Counted from the first letter of the stretch, positions 38,759 through 57,622 are shown. The stretch is 64,000 nt of DNA from an uncultured delta proteobacterium (GCA_963766715.1 CAVYBH010000012.1:672001-736000), one strand, 5' to 3'. Numbers and translations: made by a program. Notes: generated by a model not told the origin, from the letters alone.

Positions 38759-38792
38759 GAAAGGCCCACCCCGCGTGGCGGAGTGGGCCTTC
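38759..38792 (-). terminator. Hairpin terminator after the sigma factor gene
   Basis: Minus strand GAAGGCCCAC-TCCGCCACGCGGG-GTGGGCCTTTC. Confidence 0.65.
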
Positions 38793-38815
38793 GTGCCTCG
38801 GAGTCGCGCCCGGAG

Positions 38816-39589
38816 CTAGGCGGCTTCCTCTGCGCGGCCGATCTCGCCGGTCTCGACCGACTCGACGCTCTCGAGATATCGGTGGAGGAACTGCTTGGTC
38901 TTCAGCTCGACCTGGCGGACGCGCTCGCGCGACACGCCCCAGCGCTTGCCAATCTCCTCGAGGGTCTTCGGCGAGTCCTGCTGCAGCCGGTTGTGGATGA
39001 TGTCCCACCCGAGCTCGCCGATGCGCTTGCGGACCTTGCCGAGCGCATCGCGAACCTCGCGATCGCCCTCGTTGGAGAGGTAACCGCCCTCCGGGCCGGG
39101 GCCCTCGTCCTCGATCCGCTCGAGGTGGGAGACGTCCCCGTCCTCGTCGATGTAGCTGTCGAGGGACAGGTCGGGCTGCGCCACGGTGCCGCTCTGCGGC
39201 CGGACCGTGCTGCGCGCCTCCTTCAGGTACTTGCCGACGTAGGCGCGGATCCACCACACGGCGTAGGTCGAGAAGCGGGTTCCAGCGTGCGGGTCGAACT
39301 TCTCGACCGCGCGCATGAGACCGACGTTGCCCTCCTGGATCAGGTCGTCCAGGCGAACGGTGCCGCGCCGCTGCTTGCGGGCGATGGCCACCACGAAGGC
39401 CAGGTTGTGCCGGACGAGCTTCTGCTTGGCGCCCACCTCGCCCTTGCGAGCCTTGAGCGCGAGTGCGTGCTCTTCGTCCCGGGTGAGCGGCGGGTAGTCC
39501 CGAACCGCCTTGAGATACGGGGCGAGTTCCTCGAACTCCTTGCTGCCGCGCTGGATACCGGCGGTCTTCATCCTCTTTGGCCTCTCCAC
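38816..39589 (-). CDS. Sigma-70 family alternative sigma factor (RpoD/RpoH-like) lacking most of region 3
   Basis: YPPLTRDEE (1.2), HNLAFVV, DLIQEGNVGLMRAVEKFDP, FSTYAVWWIR (2), TLEEIGKRWGVSRERVRQVE (4.2). Alternative start at ATG 39571. Confidence 0.92.
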   Translation of the reverse strand: MERPKRMKTAGIQRGSKEFEELAPYLKAVRDYPPLTRDEEHALALKARKGEVGAKQKLVRHNLAFVVAIARKQRRGTVRLDDLIQEGNVGLMRAVEKFDPHAGTRFSTYAVWWIRAYVGKYLKEARSTVRPQSGTVAQPDLSLDSYIDEDGDVSHLERIEDEGPGPEGGYLSNEGDREVRDALGKVRKRIGELGWDIIHNRLQQDSPKTLEEIGKRWGVSRERVRQVELKTKQFLHRYLESVESVETGEIGRAEEAA

Positions 39590-39642
39590 TGTCCGTGCGG
39601 TCTGCCGGGGTCTTCCGGAATGCCGGACAGTTACGTTACGGC

Positions 39643-39671
39643 ATATTACGAATCTGGACTTTTCTAGTCAA
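39643..39671 (-). promoter_or_regulatory. Sigma70-type promoter of the sigma factor gene
   Basis: Minus strand TTGACT-N17-TAATAT within an AT-rich intergenic region. Confidence 0.65.
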
Positions 39672-39925
39672 CCACCAAGGCTAAGCATTCGTGATGACAG
39701 GATTGTGACGATCAAAACATCGACCTTTTTGGTGGGCGAAGTCGATGATTCTCGCCCCCAACATGGCAACGCCAACAGGGGGGTGACAAATTCCTAACGA
39801 TTCGAAGTCACCGGGAGGTTCCCGGTGCCTACACCCGTACCGGGGCGTTCCGTCCGGGGGATGTACAGGACCCATCCGGGACACCGGAAGACTCCCCTGA
39901 ACGGACCAGGGCCCCGAAAAGCGGA

Positions 39926-39951
39926 TGGCCCGAGGCATTCGCCCCGGGCCA
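39926..39951 (-). terminator. Possible hairpin downstream of rpoC
   Basis: Inverted repeat TGGCCCGAGGC-ATTC-GCCCCGGGCCA; weak U tract. Confidence 0.45.
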
Positions 39952-39975
39952 CCCGAACCTCGCGAGTCTGACGGA

Positions 39976-44142
<4,167 letters not shown>

Positions 44143-44186
44143 GTCTCGTCCCTCGATGCGGCGTTCGGGTTCCGGGTGTCGTCCAC

Positions 44187-48431
<4,245 letters not shown>

Positions 48432-48555
48432 CGAGCGTGTTCCTCTTTCCCCGGAAGGAGTCGTTACAAGCACTACGAGCCGGCGCAAGGCCGGCTCATG
48501 ACTTCATGCCCGGCCGCGAGGCCGGGGGACGGGGATGGTCATGGGGGGTGGGAGG

Positions 48556-48584
48556 GTATTAACCACTCCTGCCCTCCATGTCAA
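48556..48584 (-). promoter_or_regulatory. Candidate internal sigma70 promoter for rpoBC
   Basis: Minus strand TTGACA-N17-TAATAC between rplL and rpoB. Confidence 0.6.
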
Positions 48585-48599
48585 AGCTCCCGTCCAAGA

Positions 48600-48640
48600 G
48601 GCAGGGCGGGACGGCCTATCCGGCCGCCCCGCCCCCCTCC
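48600..48640 (-). terminator. Hairpin terminator/attenuator after rplL
   Basis: Minus strand GGGCGGGGCGGCC-GGATA-GGCCGTCCCGCCC followed by TGCCTCTT. Confidence 0.55.
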
Positions 48641-48652
48641 TGAAGGACTGAT

Positions 48653-49027
48653 CTACTTGATCTCGACCTTGGCGCCAGCGGCCTCGAGCTTCTTCTTGAT
48701 CTCCTCGGCCTCGGCCTTGGGAATCCCCGTCTTGACCTCCTTGGGGGCCCCCTCGACCAGGTCCTTGGCCTCCTTCAGGCCCAGGCCGGTGATGGCGCGA
48801 ACTTCCTTGATCGTGTTGATCTTGTTGGCGCCGGCGTCCATGAGGACGACGTTGAACTCGGTCTTCTCCTCGACCGGTGCGGCGGCTGCGCCACCGGCGG
48901 CGGCCATCATCACCGGCGCGGCGGCGGCGCTGACGCCCCACTTCTCCTCGAGGGTCTTCACGAGCTCGGCGGCCTCGAGGATGGTGAGGCCGGACAGCTG
49001 CTCCACGATTGCGTTCAGGTCTGCCAT
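48653..49027 (-). CDS. rplL: 50S ribosomal protein L7/L12
   Basis: [19 protein letters not shown]. Confidence 0.98.
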   Translation of the reverse strand: MADLNAIVEQLSGLTILEAAELVKTLEEKWGVSAAAAPVMMAAAGGAAAAPVEEKTEFNVVLMDAGANKINTIKEVRAITGLGLKEAKDLVEGAPKEVKTGIPKAEAEEIKKKLEAAGAKVEIK

Positions 49028-49111
49028 GACTTCGTCTTTCCTTTTCTGCTGGGGCGCCTTCCCGGCGTCCCGCGTCCATGCCCGCGCTCCGCGCGGGCGG
49101 TCAGGTACCGG

Positions 49112-49636
49112 TTAAGCCTGCTTCTCCAGCTGATCCTTCCGCGCGCCGATGACCTGGGCGAGCTGCTGCCCAGGAGCGGCGAGCAGGCGCACGAGCTTCG
49201 AGGCGGGCTGCGCGATGACGCCCGCGATCTTCGACCGCAGCTCGGGGAGTGCGGGCAGCTTCGCGAGGGCCATGATGGCCTTCACGTCGATGACCTTTCC
49301 CTGAACCACGCCGATCCGAAGTGCGAAGTTCTCGCGGTCCTTGACGAAGTCCGCGAGGATCTTCGCCGGTGCGACCACGTCGTCGTACGACAGGATCAAC
49401 GCCGTCGGTCCAACGAACTTCTCCGACAGCTGCTCGAGATCCGTGCCCTTGGCGGCACGGATGGCCAGGGTGTTCTTGACGATGCGGTACTCCACCTTCG
49501 CCTCGCGGCACTTCCTGCGAAGCTCGGTGACGGTCGCAACGTTGAGCCCCTTGGGCTCTGCCAGGATGGCGGCCTTTGCCTTCGCCATCTTGTCGTGGAG
49601 CTGGCCGATGACTGCTTCTTTTTCCGTCCGGTTCAA
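49112..49636 (-). CDS. rplJ: 50S ribosomal protein L10
   Basis: TTG start, MNRTEK, LRRK, VKNTL, GPTAL; position before rplL. Confidence 0.95.
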   Translation of the reverse strand: MNRTEKEAVIGQLHDKMAKAKAAILAEPKGLNVATVTELRRKCREAKVEYRIVKNTLAIRAAKGTDLEQLSEKFVGPTALILSYDDVVAPAKILADFVKDRENFALRIGVVQGKVIDVKAIMALAKLPALPELRSKIAGVIAQPASKLVRLLAAPGQQLAQVIGARKDQLEKQA

Positions 49637-49754
49637 ATGTACTCACTTCCTTCCCGACCGGCCGCGTGGGCGGCTCGGCGTGATGTGGGCCACGGACCGG
49701 ACGACCGGTACGTCGACCCCCTGGCCAAGCAGGGGACGCTGCAAGAGCAACTTC

Positions 49755-49848
49755 CCGTCTCGGCGGGTCGGGCCTGCTTCACCCGCTTGGCCACTCCTCC
49801 CCTTCTGCTTCTCGCACCCGGGGAGGGGTGGGCCCGCTGTCTTGGACC
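49755..49848 (-). ncRNA. L10 ribosomal protein leader (cis-regulatory RNA)
   Basis: Minus strand TCCAAGACAGCGGG...CCCGCCGAGACGG, the paired AAGAC/GAGAC motif of L10 leaders, upstream of rplJ. Confidence 0.7.
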
Positions 49849-49851
49849 AGG

Positions 49852-49884
49852 AAACACCCGCCGGCGAGGTGCCGGCGGGCAACC
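49852..49884 (-). terminator. Hairpin after rplA
   Basis: Minus strand CCCGCCGGC-ACCTC-GCCGGCGGG followed by TGTTT. Confidence 0.55.
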
Positions 49885-49898
49885 TGGAAATCTTCCGG

Positions 49899-50606
49899 CT
49901 ACACCGCGTGCTGGGCGCTGAGCTCCGCCGGGTCGAGCTTGATGCCCGGGCCCATGGTCGTGCTCACGGTGACGGACTTGAGGTACACCCCCTTGGCCGT
50001 CTGGGGACGGGCCTTGAAGATGATCTCCATGATGGCGTTGAAGTTGTCCTTCAGCTTGTCGGGGGTGAAGGACGCCTTCCCGAACGGCACGTGGACGATG
50101 CCCGCCTTCTCGACGCGGAACTCGACCTTGCCGGCCTTCTGCTCCTTGACCGCGCGGGCGACGTCGGCGCTGACCGTGCCCACCTTCGGGTTCGGCATCA
50201 GTCCGCGGGGACCGAGCACCTTTCCGAGGCGGCCCACCACGCCCATCATGTCGGGGGTGGCGATGACCTTGTCGAAGTCCATGAAGCCGCCCTGGATCTT
50301 CTCCGCCAGGTCCTCGGCGCCGACGATGTCGGCCCCGGCCTCGGTGGCCTCGCGGGCCTTGTCGCCCTTGGCGAACACGGCCAGCTTGATGGTCTTGCCC
50401 ATGCCGTGCGGCAGGACCACCGCGCCGCGGACGACCTGGTCGGCGTGCTTCGGGTCGACGCCCAGGTTGATGGCCGCGTCGACCGACTCGTCGAACTTGC
50501 GGACGGCGGTCTTCTTCACGAGCTCCAGCGCGTCGTCGAGCTTGTAGCGCTTGTTGCGGTCCACGTTCTCGACGGCCTTCTTGAACTTCTTTCCGATGTG
50601 AGCCAT
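49899..50606 (-). CDS. rplA: 50S ribosomal protein L1
   Basis: [35 protein letters not shown]. Confidence 0.98.
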   Translation of the reverse strand: MAHIGKKFKKAVENVDRNKRYKLDDALELVKKTAVRKFDESVDAAINLGVDPKHADQVVRGAVVLPHGMGKTIKLAVFAKGDKAREATEAGADIVGAEDLAEKIQGGFMDFDKVIATPDMMGVVGRLGKVLGPRGLMPNPKVGTVSADVARAVKEQKAGKVEFRVEKAGIVHVPFGKASFTPDKLKDNFNAIMEIIFKARPQTAKGVYLKSVTVSTTMGPGIKLDPAELSAQHAV

Positions 50607-50622
50607 TGGCGTGTCTCCCGGC

Positions 50623-51069
50623 CTAACCGACAATCTCGATGCCCATGGACAGGGCGGTGCCCTCGACGGTCCGCATCGCGGCCTCGAGGCTTCCCGCCGT
50701 CATGTCCTGCATCTTCATCTTGGCGATCTGCTCGAGCTGCGCCCGCGACACCTTCCCGACCTGCTCCTTGCCGGGCTTGTGCGCGCCGCTGCCCTTCTTC
50801 TTCTCGGTGTGCAGTCCTGCGGCCTTCTTCAGCAGGATCGACGCCGGAGGCGTCTTCAGGATGAAGCTGAAGGAGCGATCCGCGTAGACCGTGATGATCA
50901 CCGGGATGATGAGCGCTTCCTTCGCCTGCGCCTGCGTGGCCGCGTTGAACTGCTTGCAGAACTCCATGATGTTCACGCCGTGCTGGCCGAGCGCCGGGCC
51001 CACGGGGGGCGCCGGGTTGGCCTTGCCAGCCGGGATCTGCAGCTTGATCTGACCTGTGACCTTCTTCAT
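50623..51069 (-). CDS. rplK: 50S ribosomal protein L11
   Basis: [26 protein letters not shown]. Confidence 0.98.
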   Translation of the reverse strand: MKKVTGQIKLQIPAGKANPAPPVGPALGQHGVNIMEFCKQFNAATQAQAKEALIIPVIITVYADRSFSFILKTPPASILLKKAAGLHTEKKKGSGAHKPGKEQVGKVSRAQLEQIAKMKMQDMTAGSLEAAMRTVEGTALSMGIEIVG

Positions 51070-51168
51070 CTGCCTTCCTTCCGGGCCCGTCTTCCGGGTC
51101 CTGCGTGGTCTTCCGGGTGGCTACCCTTCCACGCGCCGTTTGAACTGCGGGTGACGCGACCTCGACGG

Positions 51169-51708
51169 CTACGTCTTCTCCACCTGCATGAAATCGAGCT
51201 CGACCGGGGTGGCCCGGCCGAAGATGGACACGAGCACGCGGACCTTGCCCTTCTCGGGCTTGACCTCTTCCACGGTGCCGTTGAAGTTCGAGAACGGGCC
51301 GTCGGTCACGCGGACCTGGTCGCCCTCCTCGAACTGGACCTTGGGCTTCGGCTTGAGGGTTCCCTCGGAGATCTGGCTGGTCAGCCGGGCGACCTCCTTG
51401 TCGGAGATGGCCGGGACGTCCTTGGGGATCTTGGCGGCGCCGACGAAGCCGGTGACCTTGGCGGTGCCCTTGACGAGGTGCCAGGTGCGGTCGTCCATCT
51501 CCATCTGCACGAGCACGTAGCCCGGGAAGAACTTCCGCTTGGAGGTCTTCTTCTCGCCCTTGACCATCTCCACGACCTGCTCCATCGGGATGAGGATCTC
51601 CCCGAACGAGTCCTGGAGGTTTTCCTGGCGCACGCGCTCCTCGAGCGACTTCTTCACCTTGTTCTCGAAGCCCGAGTAGGTGTGCACCGCGTACCACTTC
51701 TTGGCCAT
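51169..51708 (-). CDS. nusG: Transcription elongation factor NusG
   Basis: [36 protein letters not shown]. Confidence 0.98.
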   Translation of the reverse strand: MAKKWYAVHTYSGFENKVKKSLEERVRQENLQDSFGEILIPMEQVVEMVKGEKKTSKRKFFPGYVLVQMEMDDRTWHLVKGTAKVTGFVGAAKIPKDVPAISDKEVARLTSQISEGTLKPKPKVQFEEGDQVRVTDGPFSNFNGTVEEVKPEKGKVRVLVSIFGRATPVELDFMQVEKT

Positions 51709-51808
51709 TCCGATTCTCCCGACGTCGAGGCACCGCGACCGGTTCCCGTCTTCCGGGTCGCGGCGCCGGGCGCGCCGTGCTCCGGGCGCTTCCGCGCCCG
51801 GCGTGCTG

Positions 51809-52201
51809 CTAGTACACCAGCGAGGAGAGCCGCGACCAGACGAGGTCGAAGATCCCCAGCATGAAGGCGGCCACGAAGGTGAACACCACCACCGCGACCG
51901 TCGAGGCCCGCGTCTCGCGCAGGCTCGGCCAGGAGACGCGCTCCAGCTCCTGCGCGACCTGCATGGAGACCGCGTTCACCCTCGGCGAACGCCAGGCCAG
52001 CACCGCCAGGAGCGCGGCGATGCCGTACCCCAGGATCGTGGTGATGGTCCACTCGTCCCCGAGGAGGGCCGTGTCGTTGAGGCGCGCGTAGGAGAACACG
52101 ATGCCCAGGATCTTCTCGAGGAAGATCCCGACCACCACCGCCGCGAAGAAATAGAAGATCGCGACGATGCGCTTCGACTCGACGCCCGCTCCCTTTTCCA
52201 T
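51809..52201 (-). CDS. secE: Preprotein translocase SecE
   Basis: ELERVSWPS motif and three TM segments; upstream of nusG. Confidence 0.92.
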   Translation of the reverse strand: MEKGAGVESKRIVAIFYFFAAVVVGIFLEKILGIVFSYARLNDTALLGDEWTITTILGYGIAALLAVLAWRSPRVNAVSMQVAQELERVSWPSLRETRASTVAVVVFTFVAAFMLGIFDLVWSRLSSLVY

Positions 52202-52219
52202 GCTGCCCTTCCGCTGAGC

Positions 52220-52295
52220 TGGCAGGCCAGGAGGGATTCGAACCCCCAACCCGCGGTTTTGGAGACCGCTGCTCTACCGTTCGAGCTACTGGCCT
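52220..52295 (-). tRNA. tRNA-Trp(CCA)
   Basis: AGGCCAGTAGCTCGAACGGTAGAGCAGCGGTCTCCAAAACCGC...GGTTCGAATCC...GCCA. Confidence 0.96.
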
Positions 52296-52314
52296 TCGAA
52301 ATCCCGGTACAGGA

Positions 52315-52473
52315 CTACTTCGTTTCCTTGTGCGCCGCGTGCTTGCGGCAACGCGGGCAGTACTTGGAACGAGACAGCTTGTCCTGGGTCTTCTTCTTGT
52401 TCTTGGTGGTGCTGTAATTCCGCTCCTTGCAGGTCGTGCACTCGAGCGTGATGATCGTTCTATTGCCGGCCAT
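52315..52473 (-). CDS. rpmG: 50S ribosomal protein L33 (Zn-binding C+ type, 52 aa)
   Basis: Manual translation [52 protein letters not shown]. Confidence 0.95.
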   Translation of the reverse strand: MAGNRTIITLECTTCKERNYSTTKNKKKTQDKLSRSKYCPRCRKHAAHKETK

Positions 52474-52485
52474 GGTTCAGCGTCC

Positions 52486-52671
52486 TCACTGGATGACGGC
52501 CCCGGCCATGACCACCGCGATCCCCGAGGGGAACGAGATGGACCCGGTGACGTCCGTGGTGCGGGATTGGAACTGCGAGGCCTCGGAGAGCAAGGCACGG
52601 CCACGGCCGGATCGACCGATGGCCCCCACGATCACGTGGGGCTTCGTGCGCTCGAACTTCTCCTCGACCAT
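52486..52671 (-). pseudogene. tuf: Internally deleted EF-Tu remnant (61 codons)
   Basis: MVEEKFERTKPHVIVGAIG (EF-Tu N-terminus), QFQSRTTDVTGSISFPSGIAVVM (domain 3) and AGAVIQ (C-terminus), at the tufB position. Confidence 0.85.
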
Positions 52672-52676
52672 GATGC

Positions 52677-52752
<76 letters not shown>

Positions 52753-52773
52753 CTTTCTTCCTTTCTAGCGGGT

Positions 52774-52850
<77 letters not shown>

Positions 52851-52869
52851 AACCTCTCTTCTCCTGAAG

Positions 52870-52952
52870 TGGAGGGGGATGGATTCGAACCATCGAAGGC
52901 GTAAGCCGGCAGATTTACAGTCTGCTCCCTTTGGCCGCTCGGGAACCCCTCC
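52870..52952 (-). tRNA. tRNA-Tyr(GTA), CCA not encoded
   Basis: GGAGGGGTTCCCGAGCGGCCAAAGGGAGCAGACTGTAAATCTGC, long variable arm, GGTTCGAATCC, CCCCTCC-A. Confidence 0.95.
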
Positions 52953-53000
52953 ATGACCTCTTCCAACCTCGAACCACGACGATCGTTGCGACGAGCCAGC

Positions 53001-53076
53001 TGGAGCTGGCGGTGGGATTCGAACCCGCGACCTGCTGCTTACAAGGCAGCTGCTCTGCCAACTGAGCTACGCCAGC
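53001..53076 (-). tRNA. tRNA-Thr(TGT)
   Basis: GCTGGCGTAGCTCAGTTGGCAGAGCAGCTGCCTTGTAAGCAGC...GTTCGAATC...CTCCA. Confidence 0.95.
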
Positions 53077-53145
53077 GAATCCCCAGAAGTTTCGGCTCTG
53101 GCCTTCCGGCGCAGGGAACACCTGTCCCTGTCGTCGGAGCGGGTG

Positions 53146-53174
53146 CTTGTACCGGACGTCCCTGGGGTTGTCAA
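53146..53174 (-). promoter_or_regulatory. Sigma70 promoter of the tRNA operon
   Basis: Minus strand TTGACA-N17-TACAAG upstream of tRNA-Thr(TGT). Confidence 0.65.
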
Positions 53175-53929
53175 GCCGGGATCTTGCCTGTGCTTTCGCC
53201 GCGCTGACGCATCGCTTCATAGATGGCGATGGCCGCCGCGGCCGAGGCGTTGAGGCTGCCCACCCGGCCCGCCATGGGGATGCGCGCGGCGTGGTCGCAG
53301 CTCTTCCGGACGAGCGGGCGAACCCCCTGCCCCTCCCCCCGATGACGAGCGCGATCGGCCCCTTGAGGTCGACCGAGGCGAGGTCCACGTCCCCGTCCGG
53401 GACCGCCGCGACCGTCCAGAGCCCCGCCTCCTTCAGCTCCTCCAGGGTCCGGACGAGGTTCGTGACCCGGGCGATGGGCAGGTGCTCGACCGCACCGGCC
53501 GAGGCCTTCGCGGCCGAAGGGGTCACGGAGGCGGCGCGGTCCCGGGGGAAAGATCACCCCGTGGGCCCCGAGCGCGTGGGCCGAGCGGACCACCGCCCCC
53601 AGGTTGTGCGGGTCCTCGACGCCGTCGAGGAGCACCACGAGCGGCGGCTTCCCCGCCAGCCGGGCGGCCGCGAGGATGTCCTCCACCTCCCGGTACCGGT
53701 AGTCGGCGACCACCGCGACGATGCCCTGGTGCTGCGTGACGCCGGCGAGGCGGTCGAGCTTGGACCTCGGCGCCGTCCGGACCTTGGCGCCGTGACCCCG
53801 CGCGCCTTCCTCCAGCTCGGCGAACGCGCGGGGACAATCGCCGCCCTCGGCCAGCCAGAGCTCGGCGATTCCCTCGCCACCGGCGCGCAGGAGCTCGCGA
53901 ACCGGGTTCATGCCGTAGACGACGCGCAC
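53171..53929 (-). CDS. rlmB: 23S rRNA Gm2251 methyltransferase RlmB, two compensating frameshifts
   Basis: YGMNPV, HQGIVA, LDGVEDPHNLGAVVRS; KASAGAVEHLP in an alternate frame; GEGQG, IPMAGRVGSLNAS. Confidence 0.9.
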   Translation of the reverse strand: MRVVYGMNPVRELLRAGGEGIAELWLAEGGDCPRAFAELEEGARGHGAKVRTAPRSKLDRLAGVTQHQGIVAVVADYRYREVEDILAAARLAGKPPLVVLLDGVEDPHNLGAVVRSAHALGAHGVIFPPGPRRLRDPFGREGLGRCGRAPAHRPGHEPRPDPGGAEGGGALDGRGGPGRGRGPRLGRPQGADRARHRGEGQGVRPLVRKSCDHAARIPMAGRVGSLNASAAAAIAIYEAMRQRGESTGKIPA

Positions 53930-53936
53930 GCGGGCC

Positions 53937-54362
53937 TCACTTCACTTCGATGGGAACGGTGACGGTCTTCGTCTGGGGCACGCACCAGGCGTCGCTGCAG
54001 ATGGCGAACCGCATCTGCACCACCACCTGCTGCGGACCCTTCGCCCCGGCCGTCACCGGGATCTCGAAGCGGGGGTTCTCGGCGCCGGGGTCCACGGCGT
54101 CGCTGCGCTTCAGCTCGCTCCGTGCGACCCGCAGGCCGGCGGACGGCTCCACCTTGTACTTGAGGGGGAACTCCCGGTTCACGTGGATCCCCTTCTCGAG
54201 GGGCTCGACCGCGACCACGACCTTGCCGGTCTCCCCCACCTTCAGGGAGCGGGAGGAGCCGTCGGTGACGACCTTGTAGGTGCTGGCTGCGTTGGCGCCG
54301 TCGGCGGCCAGGGCCGGGCAGGCCAGGGCGAGGGCCAGGGCGGCGAGCGTGCTGCGAGTCAT
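53937..54362 (-). CDS. Secreted protein with DsbD N-terminal (Ig-like) type domain
   Basis: Signal peptide, GIHVNREFP, FAICSDAWCVP Cys pair near the C-terminus. Confidence 0.6.
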   Translation of the reverse strand: MTRSTLAALALALACPALAADGANAASTYKVVTDGSSRSLKVGETGKVVVAVEPLEKGIHVNREFPLKYKVEPSAGLRVARSELKRSDAVDPGAENPRFEIPVTAGAKGPQQVVVQMRFAICSDAWCVPQTKTVTVPIEVK

Positions 54363-54420
54363 GTGCGCATCCTCCGTTCCGCGGGCGGTATACCAGGGAC
54401 GGGCCGTCCCGCCCCGGGAT

Positions 54421-55353
54421 TCACGCTCGCCCGCGCCGGGGACGACGCGCAGGGCGGCGCTTCCGGGCCACCGGCGGCGCCCCGACCAGCTCGGCCGCGC
54501 GCTCGACGATGGCCCCCGCCACGTCGGCGCCGCAGGCCTCCTCCGCCTCCCGGATCCCCGGCGAGCTGTGCACCTCGAAGACCCGCGGACCGCCCGGCGC
54601 GTCCAGCATGTCGACCGCGCAGACCTCCAGGCCGACCACCCGGGCGGCCGCGACCGCGGCCCGCTCGGCCTCCTCGCCCAGCCGGACGCCCTCGAACCGG
54701 GCGCCCTGCCCGAGGTTGCGCGACAGGCGGCCGACCCGCGGCCGGCGCCGCAGCGCCGCCACGACGTGCCCGCCCACCACGAAGGCCCGCAGGTCCCCGC
54801 CACGTCGGCCCTTCAGGTACTGCTGCACCATGGTGTTCTGCCCGAGGCGAAGGATGGCCTCGAGCGCCGACTCGAGGGCCTGGCGCGTCTCGCAGACGAT
54901 GACCCCGGTCTTCTCGTTGCCCCGCAGGAGCTTCACGAGGACGGGGAGACCGCCCACGTGCTGCACCATGTCCCGCAGCCCGGAGGGCTCGCTCGCCATC
55001 ACCGTCCGGGGGACCTTCACGCCGCTCGCCGAGAGCAGTTGCAGCACGCGCATCTTGTTCCGCGCCAGCCCGATGGCCGGCGCGCCGTTCATGACGGGCA
55101 GGCCGATGAGCTGGAGGTGGTTCACCACCGCGAGCCCGTACTGGCTCACCGAGGGCGCGATGCGCGGGACCACCACGTCGGTGGACGGGAAGTCGCGGCC
55201 GCGATGGAAGATCTCCGGACCGTCCCGGCCCAGGCGCATCTCGACCTGGAGCGGATCGACGATCCGGGCCACGTGACCCCGGGCGCGCGCCGCCTCGACC
55301 ACTCGACGGGTGGTGAAGATCCCGGCCGAGCGGGAGAGGACGGTGAGGTGCAT
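54421..55353 (-). CDS. RimK-family ATP-grasp ligase
   Basis: VVPRIAPS, ARNKMR, VPRT, DLRAFVVG, NLGQGA, AVDML, EVHSSPG. Confidence 0.88.
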   Translation of the reverse strand: MHLTVLSRSAGIFTTRRVVEAARARGHVARIVDPLQVEMRLGRDGPEIFHRGRDFPSTDVVVPRIAPSVSQYGLAVVNHLQLIGLPVMNGAPAIGLARNKMRVLQLLSASGVKVPRTVMASEPSGLRDMVQHVGGLPVLVKLLRGNEKTGVIVCETRQALESALEAILRLGQNTMVQQYLKGRRGGDLRAFVVGGHVVAALRRRPRVGRLSRNLGQGARFEGVRLGEEAERAAVAAARVVGLEVCAVDMLDAPGGPRVFEVHSSPGIREAEEACGADVAGAIVERAAELVGAPPVARKRRPARRPRRGRA

Positions 55354-55408
55354 CGCCGACGAGACTAAAGGGGGGGCGGCCGGATTGCGAGGGAAAGGCG
55401 GAAGACGA

Positions 55409-55440
55409 AGAGGGCCGCCCCGATCCGGGACGGCCCTCCC
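55409..55440 (-). terminator. Hairpin terminator after dnaK
   Basis: Minus strand GAGGGCCGTCCCG-GAT-CGGGGCGGCCCTC followed by TTCGTCTT. Confidence 0.65.
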
Positions 55441-55466
55441 CTTCCCCGCGCGGCGGCGGGATTCGC

Positions 55467-57365
<1,899 letters not shown>

Positions 57366-57622
57366 TGTGTGAAATCCTCCCGGTTGGAGGACAAGCTAAG
57401 TACGCTTCGGGAGGCGTCAAATGGTCCCGGACATCCTTTTCGGGGGCGAGGCCGGATCGCGCCGGTGCCGGCCCGGCGCCGGCAGGAGGCGCCCGGCGGC
57501 TGGGTGTAGGTGCGTAACCTCCTTCGCACTCCGCCACCCCCGCTACCCGATTTCCGGTCCTTCTATTTGCGCGTCACAGGATGCTCACGTTGATATCGCG
57601 TCATTTTTTCGACGACGCACCG

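Noticed and set aside
57366..57620. CIRCE element upstream of dnaK
   Set aside because: Only a partial TTCGCACTC half-site with no matching inverted half.
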